Source: Lingula anatina
Taxonomy: Eukaryota > Animalia > Brachiopoda
Direction of reading: 5' to 3'
NCBI GenBank assembly: GCA_051362555.1
Contig: CM120643.1
Span: 25,238,848-25,302,847 of the forward strand
Length of the DNA stretch: 64,000 nucleotides
This document shows positions 20,801 to 31,500 of this stretch, piece after piece. The notes beneath the pieces are model-generated. The model was not told the DNA's origin. It was given only the letters and a program-made list of their open reading frames with translations, and made no database searches. The position numbers and the translations under genes are program-made. Numbering within the stretch: the first letter of the stretch is position 1; each line of letters opens with the position of its first letter.

Positions 20801-23646
20801 CCAGTATTGTGGAAAGAGTTTTACCCGCCAAAGTAAATATAAACAACACGAAAGGATTCACACTGGAGAAAAACCATTTAAATGCCAGTATTGTGAAAAG
20901 AGTTTTAGTGGTAAACCCAACTGTATGCAACATGAAATGATCCACACTGTAGAAAAACCATTTAAATGCCAGTATTGTGAAAAAAGTTATAGTGTCAAAA
21001 GTAGATGTAAACAACATGAAAGGACTCACACTGGAGAAAAACCATTCAAATGCCAGTATTGCAAAAAGTGTTTTAAAATCAAACAGGGTTGTATAGCGCA
21101 TGAAAAGACTCACACTGGAGAAAAACCATTTAAATGCCAGTATTGTGAAAAGAGTTTCAGTGGTAAACGAAATTGTATGCAGCATGAAATGATCCACACT
21201 GGAGAAAAACCATTCCAATGCCAGTATTGTGAAAAGAGTTTTAATGTTAAACGGGGTTGTATACGACATGAAAGGACCCACACTGGAGAAAAGCCCTTCA
21301 AATGTCAGTATTGTGAAAAGAGTTTCAGCATAAAACAAAGTTGTATACAACATGAAATGAACCACACTGGAAAAAAACCATTCAAATGTCAGTATTGTGG
21401 AAAGAGTTTTGGTCGTAAGCAAAATTTTATAAAACATGAAAGGACCCACACTGGAGAAAAACCATTCAAATGCCAGTATTGTGAAAATAGTTTCTGTAGC
21501 AAACAAAGTTGTATACAACATGAAATGAACCACACCGGAGAAAAACCATTTAAATGCAAGTATTGTAAAAAGAGTTTTTGCGTCAAAAGTAAATGTGAAC
21601 AACATGTGAGGACTCACACTGGAGAAAAACCATTCAAATGCCAGTATTGTGAAAATAGTTTCTGTAGCAAACAAAGTTGTGTACTACACGAAAAGAACCA
21701 CACTGAAGAAAAATCATTTAAATGCAAGTATTGTGAAAAGAGTTATAGCATCAGAAGTCAATGCAAACAACATGAAATGATTCACACAGAAGCCTCACTT
21801 CAGACTATAAGAAAGGAATTTCAAGAAGAGAATATACCACATGGGACAATGGTTTCACTCCAATCTATAAAAAGAGAATTTCAAGATGAGGCTATGTCAC
21901 ACGGGACAAATGATCAAAGGGAATCTGATATAGATACTGTAGTCAAAATGGAGTTAAATGATAGCAGTGCTTCAGAACTGAGACCTAACATTTACCCTGT
22001 TGCAATGTTTAGAAATGTATTTGCAGATACTGATGTAGTGTCAGATTACACATAAATCAATAGGCTTGGATTTAGATGGGTATTAAAGTTTTAGCTTAAT
22101 TAGTGTATTGACTGAACTTTTAAACAATAATGACTGAAGTAAAAGACAATTCTCTTTCTTTTCATTGATCTCTTTTCTTGAAAGCTGAAGTGTGAGTAAC
22201 AGAGTCTGTATGACAGTAAAAAGAAATAAGCAGCAATAGCAAAGAATTTTGGAAGATGAAATTAACGTGGATGAAAACAAATTTTTTTTTACAAAGCTAT
22301 GAAAGCAAATGAAACTGACGGGACGTCAAGTTACTATTTTTACCTATTTTAGGGGATTATCCTACTTTTTCCTATATTAAGAGAATTTTTTATTTATTTT
22401 TTTATTTTTTTATTTTATTTTTTTATTTTTTTATTTTTTTTGCAAAAAATAGTATAAACGCCATTTATGAATCATGATAAAAATCGTTTAACATTGGAAT
22501 TAAACGTCGGTTGATATATATGTAGACGCAAAAACCAAGGCAAACAAAATGTACAACTTGTGAAAGTTCTTCATCTTGTTTTCTGACTCCTTATAGTAAT
22601 AAAGCGGTGCTACTTTTTTTCTGAAAGTCATGCTTCGCGTGTTTTTTCAGGTTTAAGTGTAAAGCCTTTTATCGCCCCATTTGCTATTATTTTCATATGG
22701 GCAATATAGATTTTCCCTACCGATATATCCTGCAGCGATATTGTAAGTCTTAGACATTTGTACGTGAAACTTAAACATACGCATAAATGTGCGCGCACAC
22801 ATTTTGATTACAAATACACTGTGGAGCTTATCGAAAATAGGGCTTGCTATTGAAAGCACGACCGTTTTTTGTGCAAACTAATCCTTAAATTGTCTTTTAT
22901 ATTCTAAAGGTGAGTACCCAAAACCATTATCCCCTATTTGCCAATTAAAGGATCGCAGTAAGGGATTATCGTTGAACTCGGGTACTAGAAGGCACGAAGC
23001 GTGTTGTTGATGTTGTCATTTTGGCGCCCTTGAACCAAACTAGCTAAGATGAAATATGGGATGACATCGACCTCGCACCGTTGGAAAAAATAGATAAATG
23101 AATTAGTAAACAAACAATAAGTGTGAAGGCATAGGAATTTTTTGTACGAAATATTTCGAGAATCCTTTCTGCACATTAAAAACACCAAGGCATTGAACAA
23201 CGCTGCTCGCAGGGTCGCGTTAGAGAATAAGGCCACGTAATATAATATGCAGCCCTGGTAGAGGGTAGAACAACGCTGAATCCTTGTCCGCAAATCAAGA
23301 CTTAATTGTGGTCGATGAAAGTCAATCTGGACACACTAAAGACGTGATCTAAGTGAAAAATAAACCAGCACCCAAATGCCTCTTATATTACCTTTAAATA
23401 AGCGGCTCCGTCCTTCACCCATCCGATGACGATATCCGCCCCTGTCATACCCCCATTGGGAGAGAATCCAAGTCCTACATAGCCTGTGGTTCGAACCTGG
23501 GTCTCGAACGTGATGGTTTCATTGTCGAATTTCCAGGATAAAAAGTAGACGTCATCCTTTAAAACCACGTGATGGGTAAAGCCAGCAAAACTGGGAGAGC
23601 CAGTGACGGTGGTAGCAAACGCTGTGAAAACGGCTAAGAACAACAT
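11857..23646 (-). CDS. MOXD1: DBH-like monooxygenase (MOXD1-like), 12 exons, ~629 aa
   Basis: Exons 23392-23646, 18314-18460, 17728-17913, 17437-17523, 16782-16967, 16231-16333, 15540-15703, 15027-15215, 14536-14595, 13794-13924, 13450-13633, 11857-12054. All introns are GT-AG and phase-compatible (1890 nt). Signal peptide; DOMON domain (GYVGLGFSPNGGMTGADIVIGW); TTYWC; CuH ligands LVHHIVVY and ETHYDNP; CuM ligands LHTHLAG and EEMC; S/T-rich spacer and hydrophobic C-terminal tail. Confidence 0.93.
12501..12544 (-). ncRNA. Minimal type-I hammerhead ribozyme motif in the Penelope pLTR
   Basis: Minus strand: TTCC-CTGAAGA-A-GATGTC(CTGATA)GACATC-GAAA-TA-TT-GGAG. This gives the conserved core, a perfect 6-bp stem II, a palindromic AATATT mini stem III and a 3-4 bp stem I. 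Confidence 0.7.
13313..13358 (+). ncRNA. Second hammerhead motif copy, stem II imperfect
   Basis: TTCC-CTGAAGA-AGAGGAGGTC(CTGATA)GACATC-GAAATATT-GGAG. Confidence 0.55.
16450..16678 (-). mobile_element. HINE/DINE-1-like short element, family of 40823-41102
   Basis: Ends in CCTTGGCGGAGG (minus strand CCTCCGCCAAGG subTIR). Contains an AAAC microsatellite and ATAACTTTTTGAGTTA. Confidence 0.6.
20517..22055 (+). CDS. Tandem C2H2 zinc-finger protein (15 fingers, 512 aa), nested antisense in MOXD1 intron 1
   Basis: 15 repeats of FxCxYCxxxF/YxxxxxCxxHxxxH with TGEKP-type linkers and an 84-bp period, followed by a non-finger C-terminal tail. No effector domain is visible. Confidence 0.88.
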   Translation: MAHTGEKPFKCQYCEKSFGVKKSCIHHERIHTGEKPFKCQYCEKRFIVRPSCKQHERTHTGEKPFKCQYCEKRFTVKWSCIQHEMNHTGEKPFKCQYCGKSFTRQSKYKQHERIHTGEKPFKCQYCEKSFSGKPNCMQHEMIHTVEKPFKCQYCEKSYSVKSRCKQHERTHTGEKPFKCQYCKKCFKIKQGCIAHEKTHTGEKPFKCQYCEKSFSGKRNCMQHEMIHTGEKPFQCQYCEKSFNVKRGCIRHERTHTGEKPFKCQYCEKSFSIKQSCIQHEMNHTGKKPFKCQYCGKSFGRKQNFIKHERTHTGEKPFKCQYCENSFCSKQSCIQHEMNHTGEKPFKCKYCKKSFCVKSKCEQHVRTHTGEKPFKCQYCENSFCSKQSCVLHEKNHTEEKSFKCKYCEKSYSIRSQCKQHEMIHTEASLQTIRKEFQEENIPHGTMVSLQSIKREFQDEAMSHGTNDQRESDIDTVVKMELNDSSASELRPNIYPVAMFRNVFADTDVVSDYT

Positions 23647-24339
23647 TTCTGATAGTTCAGCACAGCAAGCTGAATGTGGTCTGTTAAACGTGCCGTTTAT
23701 CAGACTGTGACACGAATTATACCGAATAAAAGCACTTTACCTATTATTGACACATACCTACCCGAGGTCGAACAAACTATTGCTACTATTTTGAAAGTAT
23801 AAAAATGCGCCCCCTTTATGTCGCTGTATTTTGCGCATGGAGTTTATTTTTCAGATTGTCACACAATTCTTTGCAAGATAAAAGTCTACAGAAATATACT
23901 CCAGGGCCCACCACATAAATGGAATTTTTTTTTATTTAAGTAGACTTTTGAATCTTACGCCAATTTGTCGTATTACAATATAACACGTGTGTAAGTGTTT
24001 TTTTTTTTTTTTGGGGGGGGGGGGTCGAAACATCTTTTTGTCTTTACATGTTTAAATCGTCAGCTAGTGCCTAACAAGTCTAAAGTCTGTCATAAGTTTC
24101 GTCTTATTTTCAATAATCGTTTTCTGGGAAATACGAATAGTTTACTGCACACTTTCTTACACACCCAAATAAAAGCCACATACCAAAGGCAAATAATAAA
24201 ATAAAATAAATGACTCGGTCAGCCGAAAAATGTTTTAAAATTGCACCTTCTTCAAATTTCTGTTGCAAATTTGATCTTCTTTACCCTCCAGACAGTAAAG
24301 CTAGCAAAGTACACAGAAAAATTCTTTTTTTTTTTTTTT

Positions 24340-24371
<32 letters not shown>

Positions 24372-25945
24372 GGGACGGGCAATGACATAGTATTCTGTGA
24401 TTTGAAATCTGCGATTTGAAATTTTACGTTGGCATTTAGTCGGGTTTATTAGTGACAATGATTTGACATAACTACTCGCTTAATATGCACCTTTAAACCT
24501 CAATATATACATGGAACTTGAAATGTGAAAATGAAAATTTACCCTCCGATATTTCGTCTGCTTAACATTCAGCCATCATTAAAATTTAAATTATGTGTTT
24601 TTCTACTTCTGTTGCTACCATTTAAACGAAAGAGTTCGGAGAGAGGCCAATATAAAGGTTAATTTCCATCTTAGGTTTTAAAACCATCGTAAGTTATTTA
24701 ACAAGCAGCATCAACGCCAGAGCAGAACTATCCTTTATGAGGCCTGCCTAACAACCGGTCTCTCTTAGTTTCTGGTGTTGACATTTATAATCCAAAGAGG
24801 AAAATAAATCTACATTAAATAATTAATATTTTTGCTTTGTTCAATAATTGGAATTATGGCAAGAGGGGGTCACCCGAAAATCCGTGTGAACGGTACCGCG
24901 CGGAAATGTACATGTAAGATTAGTATGACCGTGGCAGAAACACATTTAGCCATATGACAATTATTGAAGGTGGGTCTGGATTAGAGTCCACGTATAAGCA
25001 AAAAATTAAGAGGTCATAATAGAGGATACGTGGTGATGCATGTGTTAAAATGACAACTCTTTATTTACATTTTTAGCACGCAGCCTCTGCTCTGCTTTTC
25101 ATCACCAGACTTGGCATGGAAAGACGTGTTAGAACATCTCAGCGAAGAAAACATGTTATCAACTGAGAATTGACATTCTGTAAGTGTACTTATAGAATAT
25201 TTATTTTTAAGAATTAAAACATACATAATGAAAAACAAAACACATCTCACATATCCGTAGTATTATTTCTTGAAGTTCGGTTTTGGAGTTGAACATTAAC
25301 ATTAAAATATACTGAAATGTGGTTAAACACTTTCAGACAGTCGCTGTTCGTTGGCTCAATTTTACCAACAACTTCCGTTGTAGGATAAAAGTAGCCGAGT
25401 CAGAGATATTTGAATGAAACCAAAGTTTCGTTACAGCGTTGTATAATATGGCCTATATAGGTATTGTATATATGCCAAAGCACTTAAATGTGTACTTTTT
25501 AATATCTAAAAGTTAGATCACTTGTACCCTCATTATTGGGGCCTGTTAAAATTATTCAAGAGCACGTTTGTTGTGTTCTGAGTGAACAGCCGCCACGTTG
25601 AAACAGATACTGACATCAGAAAGGTATTAAAATCGCCATCCAAATCAGAAACTTCCGTCCAATTTAATTTTTTAAAGGTTCACCGCCATACAGAACTGCA
25701 CACATTTTCACAATCATACTCTGTCGAATTCTAAATCTAAGTAAACAAATGGCATGGTGATGCACCACTTATCCTATCTGTAAATAAATATGTCAAGTTT
25801 GGTCTCTTTTCTTGAATTTACCATATACATTACACTTCGAACATTTACCACAAGTAGTGTACTTCAGGATCCTTACATGACGTTGTAGAAAATTAACGTC
25901 AAACGTCATCTGTCACTATGTCACTTGTGTCTGAATATCCATTAC

Positions 25946-28004
25946 AACTAGAGGATCAGAGAGGCGATACCGCCTCCAGATATTGTACCACCAGCTGGAG
26001 TAAGCGCATTCGTATGGACCCCCCCCCCCTCCTAAAAGGGACACCATCACCAGTCTGGTGTTTGACAAGCTCTATAAGATGCAATCAACAAGAGTTCTCA
26101 AAATATGCAAAAAATATAACTAAAAATGATACAATCAAGCAGATTTTCAAATTGACTTGCATTTTCCTACCCTTGCTCACTACTGTATTCTCTAGACAAA
26201 AGGCCTATTGGTTTTCCTTGAAATGTGTTGTCAATGGTGCATATATGCTGCCAAAAGAGAAAACCTAGGGGAAACAATGGGCACATCTCTGCTAGATTTA
26301 AAGATATGAGAGGCAAGAAAATATGCAAAGCTCAGTTCATGGTGAAAAAGTAGGTCAAAGGTCAATTTCAATATCATAGTATATGAATTTCTATTCAAGT
26401 TCAATAGCAACCATGGACATTTCTTTGCCAATTTTGCAGATTTAAAGGCCAGAAAACATGCAAAAAGCAGTTCATCATAAAAAGTAGGTCAAAGGTCAAT
26501 TTCAAGGTCACAGATTGCTAGTGTATTACTTCCTATTCAAGTTCAATAGTAACTATGGACCTATCTGTCAGTTTTGAAGATAAAGGTGAACGAAAATTTG
26601 CTAAGTTCAGTTCATAGTAAAAGGAAGGTCAAAGGTCAATTTAAAGGTCACAGTAAATTGCCAGTTCATGACTTCCTATTTAAGTTCAATAGTAACTATG
26701 GACCTATCTCTGCCAGTTTTGGAGATTAAAGGGAACAAAAATTGGCAAAGTTCAATTCATGGTGAAAAGTAGGTCAAAGGTCAATTTTAAGGTCACTGAT
26801 TAATTGCCAGTATGTGACTTCCTATTCAAGTTTAATAGTGACTATGGACCTATCTCTGCCAGTTTTGGAGATTAAAGGGAACAAAAATTGGCAAAGTTCA
26901 ATTCGTGGTGAAAAGTAGGTCAAAGGTCAATTTTAAGGTCACTGTTAAATTGCCAGTATGTGACTTCCTATTCAAGTTCAATAGTAACTATTGACCTATC
27001 TCTGCCAGTTTTGGAGATAAAAGGGAACAAAAATTGGCAAAGTTCAATTCATGGTGAAAAGTAGGTCAAAGGTCAATTTCAAGCTCACATCTAGATTGCA
27101 AGTAAATGACTTCCTATTCAACTTAAATAATATCTATTGACCTATCTCTGCCAGTTTTGGAGATATAAGGGACTAAATGTTACAATTCTGAGTTACAAAA
27201 ATGTGCCACCACAAAGTACTTTTTAATACAGCATAACACGAAAACCGTATGAAATACAAAAAAACGGAGACCACTCTCAGTGTTGGGCTTTACATGCTCT
27301 ACAAAATGCAAAAAAGAACGGGTCGCTAGCATTAACGGTTCCCGAATTAGAGACAGTTTTCATTTTCGGTATTTTATGGCCGCTACTCCTGTGAAAATGC
27401 ACCGATTGACCCCAAATTCACAGAGATGAAAGATGACCCAAAGGGTAACACTTTCCAATATAATTATTGGTTAAGTCTGTGTAGTGTCTGAATAATAGTG
27501 CAAATAATATTTTTTTTCGTAAAAAAATTCATTTTTTTGAAAATTTTGGCCCGTTTGACCTTGAAATAAAGGTCAAAGGTCAAATCCAAGGGCATATTTG
27601 AAATCTACATATATGACTTTTGGAAAGCCGTCTGTAGAAAATTTTCCCATAATTCCTTCCGTAGGGTAGATAATTGGCATTGAATTTTCAAAAATTTTGA
27701 CAAGGGTGCATTTCAAGGAGCGTCACGCCCAGGTCAATGTACCGACTGAGACAAAAAAACCTGGGGGTTCAAGTTGAGGTTATATGTGACCTAAATCCAA
27801 GAGATGGGGACAGGGGTCCTTGCGGTCTAGGAGGAGAAGCGGTAACGGTGACTTGTATCCGGCGCCAGTACGCGGAGCCGGCGGAGCTTACGGAGCCGGC
27901 GGAGCCAACGGAGCCGGCGGAGCCGGCGGAGCCGGCGGAGCCGGACGAGACGGGTCGGGACTAAAACCATGAGTACCGCCAGCGTACACGCTGGTGGTAC
28001 TAAT
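25946..28004 (-). mobile_element. Helentron-associated non-autonomous element (HINE, pearl/DINE-1 type) with a 146-bp tandem array, copy 1
   Basis: One end has AACTAGAG, hairpin GAGGCG-ATAC-CGCCTC and subTIR TGTACCACCAGC. The other end has the palindrome GTACCGCCAGCG..CGCTGGTGGTAC and a (GCGGAGCCG)n microsatellite. About 6 internal units (AGGTCAAAGGTCA at 26626, 26771, 26917, 27063). Confidence 0.85.
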
Positions 28005-28528
28005 AAGACAGTGCACCTTAGGACCTCCCCAGTACCAAGTGCCACTAGATATTCACAGATATGTCTCTGCTAATGACATATGTACACATTGGCTGTATCA
28101 CAGCAGAGAACTGTCATGAATTAGCCAAAGACAAATCAAATCTTTGAATATCTTGTGAAAAATCAATCTGTGGTACAGGGTGGTTAGAACCCAAATTATT
28201 AAAGCAAAACAACTGGGTTCTCCTGAAGGACCGGTCATAAAATGAGGTGTTTGTTTTTCAGATCATTATGATGGTCTTGCGAGAAAAAAAAGACCAATAC
28301 CATGATGTGATATTGACTTTGGAACAATAAGATGAAATGAAGAAACAGTTGAATCAGTTTGCACAACTTGCTCCCTTTGAGTCAGTAAGTCTTGAGTTCT
28401 GTCAAAAGCCTGTTTATCTTTTGCCCTTCTGTTTCTTCATAAAAAGATGACATCAGAAGAGTCACACAGTTCATTCTGACAGCACTTCTTTTTCTTTTTA
28501 TACGCCATTTGAAGTTGATGATTCCTTG

Positions 28529-31500
28529 CTATTTAGCAAACATGGCTGCCAGTCTTTTGTGCACAATTTCCAGTGTTGATTTTGTCTGTTCATCGAGATT
28601 ATCCATCACCTCATCCACATTAGCTTCATTTAGTGCAATCATCTAAAATTGAAAGAACAGAAAATTGGACAAGGTCTGCTTTGTGTATAAAATACTTTCA
28701 TAGTCAAGCTTTTCCAATTTTCAATAAAAAAAATATCAAATATATTACTTGATGAATAAAGATAGAACCCCCACTTTCCATCATGCATAGATGGTATCAT
28801 TTTTTTTTCAATCTGTTCAAACTAGAGGATCAGAGAGGCGATACCGCCTCCGAATATTGTACCACCAGCTGGAGCAAGCGCATTCGTATAGACCCCCACA
28901 TACACAAAATAAGGAACACAGCCACCAGTCTTGTGCTTGACAAGCTGTAAAAATGCAATCAACAAGAATTTTCAAAATATGCAAAAAATATATATATAAC
29001 TAAAAATGGTACAATCAAAGTTAAGTTCATCGTAAGGTAGGTCAAAGGTCAATTCCAAGGTTACAGTAAATTGCCAGTATATGACTTCCTATTCAACTTC
29101 AATAGTAACTATGGGCCTATCTCTGCCAGGTTTGGAGTTAAAAGAGAAAGAAATTAGCAGAGTTCAGTTCATGATAATAAGTAGGTCAAAGGTCAGTTTC
29201 AAGGTCACACTTAGATTGCCAGTATATGACTTCCTATTCGTGTTCAATAGTAACTATGGACCTATCTCTGCCAGTTTTGGAGATAAAGGGGAAGCAAAAT
29301 ATGCAAAGTTCAGTTCATGGTGAAAAGTAGGTCAAAGGTCAATTTTAAGGTCACTTTTAGATTGACAGTAAATGACTTCCTATTCAACTTCAATAGAGAC
29401 TATGGACATATCTCTGCCAAGTTCAGTTCATGGTGAAAGGTAGGTCAAAGGTCAATTTTAAGGTCACATGTAGATTGCCAGTATATGACTTCCTATTCAA
29501 GTTCAATAGAGACTATGGACCTATCTCTGCCAGTTTTGGAGATAAAAGGGAAGCAAAATGTGCAAAGTTCAGTTCATGGAGAAAAGTAGGTCAAAGGTCA
29601 ATTTAAAGGTCACATGCAGATTGCCAGTATATGACTTCCTATTCAAGTTCAATAGAAACTATGGACCTATCTCTGCCAGTTTTGGAGATAAAAGGGAAGC
29701 AAAATTTGCAAAGTTCAGTTCATGGTGAAAAGTAGGTCAAAGGTCAATTTTAAGGTCACATGTAGATTGCCAGTATATGACTTCCTATTCAAGTTCAATA
29801 GAGACTATGGACCTATCTCTGCCAGTTTTGGAGATAAAAGAGAAGCAAAATTTGCAAAGTTCAGTTCATGGTGACTCGAAAACCGTATGGAATACAAAAA
29901 AATGGAGACCATTTCCAGTGTTGGGCTTTACATGCTCTACAAAATGCAAAAAAGAATGGGTGTCTAGCATTTACGGTTCCCGAATTAGAGACAGTTTTCA
30001 GTTTTGATATCTTATGGCCGCTACTCCCGTGAAAATGCACCGATTGACCCCAAATTCACGGAGATAAAAGATGACCCAAAGGGTAACACTTTCCATTAAT
30101 ATTATTACTTAAGTCTGTGTGGTGTCTGAATAAGAGCGCAAATAATTTTTATTTCCGCAAAAATTTTGTTTTTTTGAAAATTTTGGCCCGTTTGACCTTG
30201 AAATAAAGGTCAAAGGTCAAATCCAAGGGCATATTTGAAATCTATACATATGACTTTTGGAAAGCTGTCTGTAGAAATTTTTCCCATAATTCCTTCCGTA
30301 GGGGAGATAATTAGCATTTAATTTTGCCATTTTTGGACAAAGGTGCATTGCAATGAGTGCCACACCTAGACCCCAATACCGACAAAGCCCAAATTTTACG
30401 TGGAACGAGTTGAGATTATAGGTGACCTAAATCCAAGAGATGGGTATGGAGGCCTTTACCGTCTAGGAGGAGAAGCGGTAACGGTGACTTGGCGGCGGAG
30501 CCGCAGGAGCCGGCGGAGCTGCAGGAGCCGGCGGAGCCGCAGGAGCCGGCGGAGCCGGCGGAACATACGGGTCGGGACTAAAACCATGTGTACCGCCAGC
30601 GCCTACGCTGGTGGTACAATTATTGACAAATGTTATACTGTGTCAACATTTTCCACTTGCTGCAACAAAAAACCTTCAAATACTACCTTATTTAAACATG
30701 CACATTATTTTGGTCTCACACGAGAAAATTAACTAAGGTCTCTTACTGAATCTTTCTTGTACTTCATAACATTTATTTATTTATTTATTTATTTATTGCC
30801 AAAAGTTGAAGCCAGTCCAGATCGACCCTCCTCACTGACCTGTCCATCTCCCACAGGGAGGAAGACATCAGGCATGACTGGACCTTCTGGGGCCAGAGGA
30901 CTGCCTGCCATGGAGTACTTCACCACGCTTGTCACCGTCTTCTCTCCCTCTCGCTGCTTACGCAGGACGGTGCCAGGGGTGTTTGGGAGTCTGAAATAGA
31001 TAATTATTAAAATTTTGTGGTTGTCTTATCACTTTTCTCCTCTACTGAGTGTGATTATTGCATACAATTTGTTGAAAAATTGAATATGTTGCATATATTT
31101 AATTTCCCCTATTTCCAACCCACGAATCACCAAGAAAACAATGAATCTAAGACCGCTATCAGTATAGTACTTGGGTTTGATCTACAGCAAACATCAATCC
31201 TTTACTCCTAGCAGTATCTGTAGTGGTGGAAACAGGACTGGATGTGGCCATTCAAAGCCAAATTTTAAGAAACAATTTGATACCAAAATATTTACCCCGA
31301 GTCAAATATTATTTGACAAAGTCAATAAATCATAATCACAGGTAGTATTTCCTGCTGTTTAAATAAGCTACCTGTTCGTCTGAGGCTGGAATCACGACAA
31401 AGTTGATCCACGGACTAACTAGTCTGCGGACCAAATGTGGCACACACTTGACAATGGATTCCCGCCTCCCACACACACACACCATCCCAGCAGGGGCAGG

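Noticed and set aside
20454-21674. 406-aa hydrophobic repetitive ORF on the minus strand
   Set aside because: It is the antisense shadow of the zinc-finger array; a stop-free antisense frame is typical of C2H2 repeats.
20517-22055. Calling the zinc-finger gene PRDM9
   Set aside because: No KRAB, SSXRD or PR/SET exons were found upstream within the window; only the array pattern is similar.
26340-27170. CRISPR-like array (also 29040-29870 and 59090-59240)
   Set aside because: Whole units repeat with no unique spacers, there are no cas genes, and the context is eukaryotic transposon DNA.
27737-27964. ORFs with (EPA)n or (RRS)n repeats (also 27827-28045 and 30400-30732)
   Set aside because: These are translations of the HINE GCGGAGCCG microsatellite.
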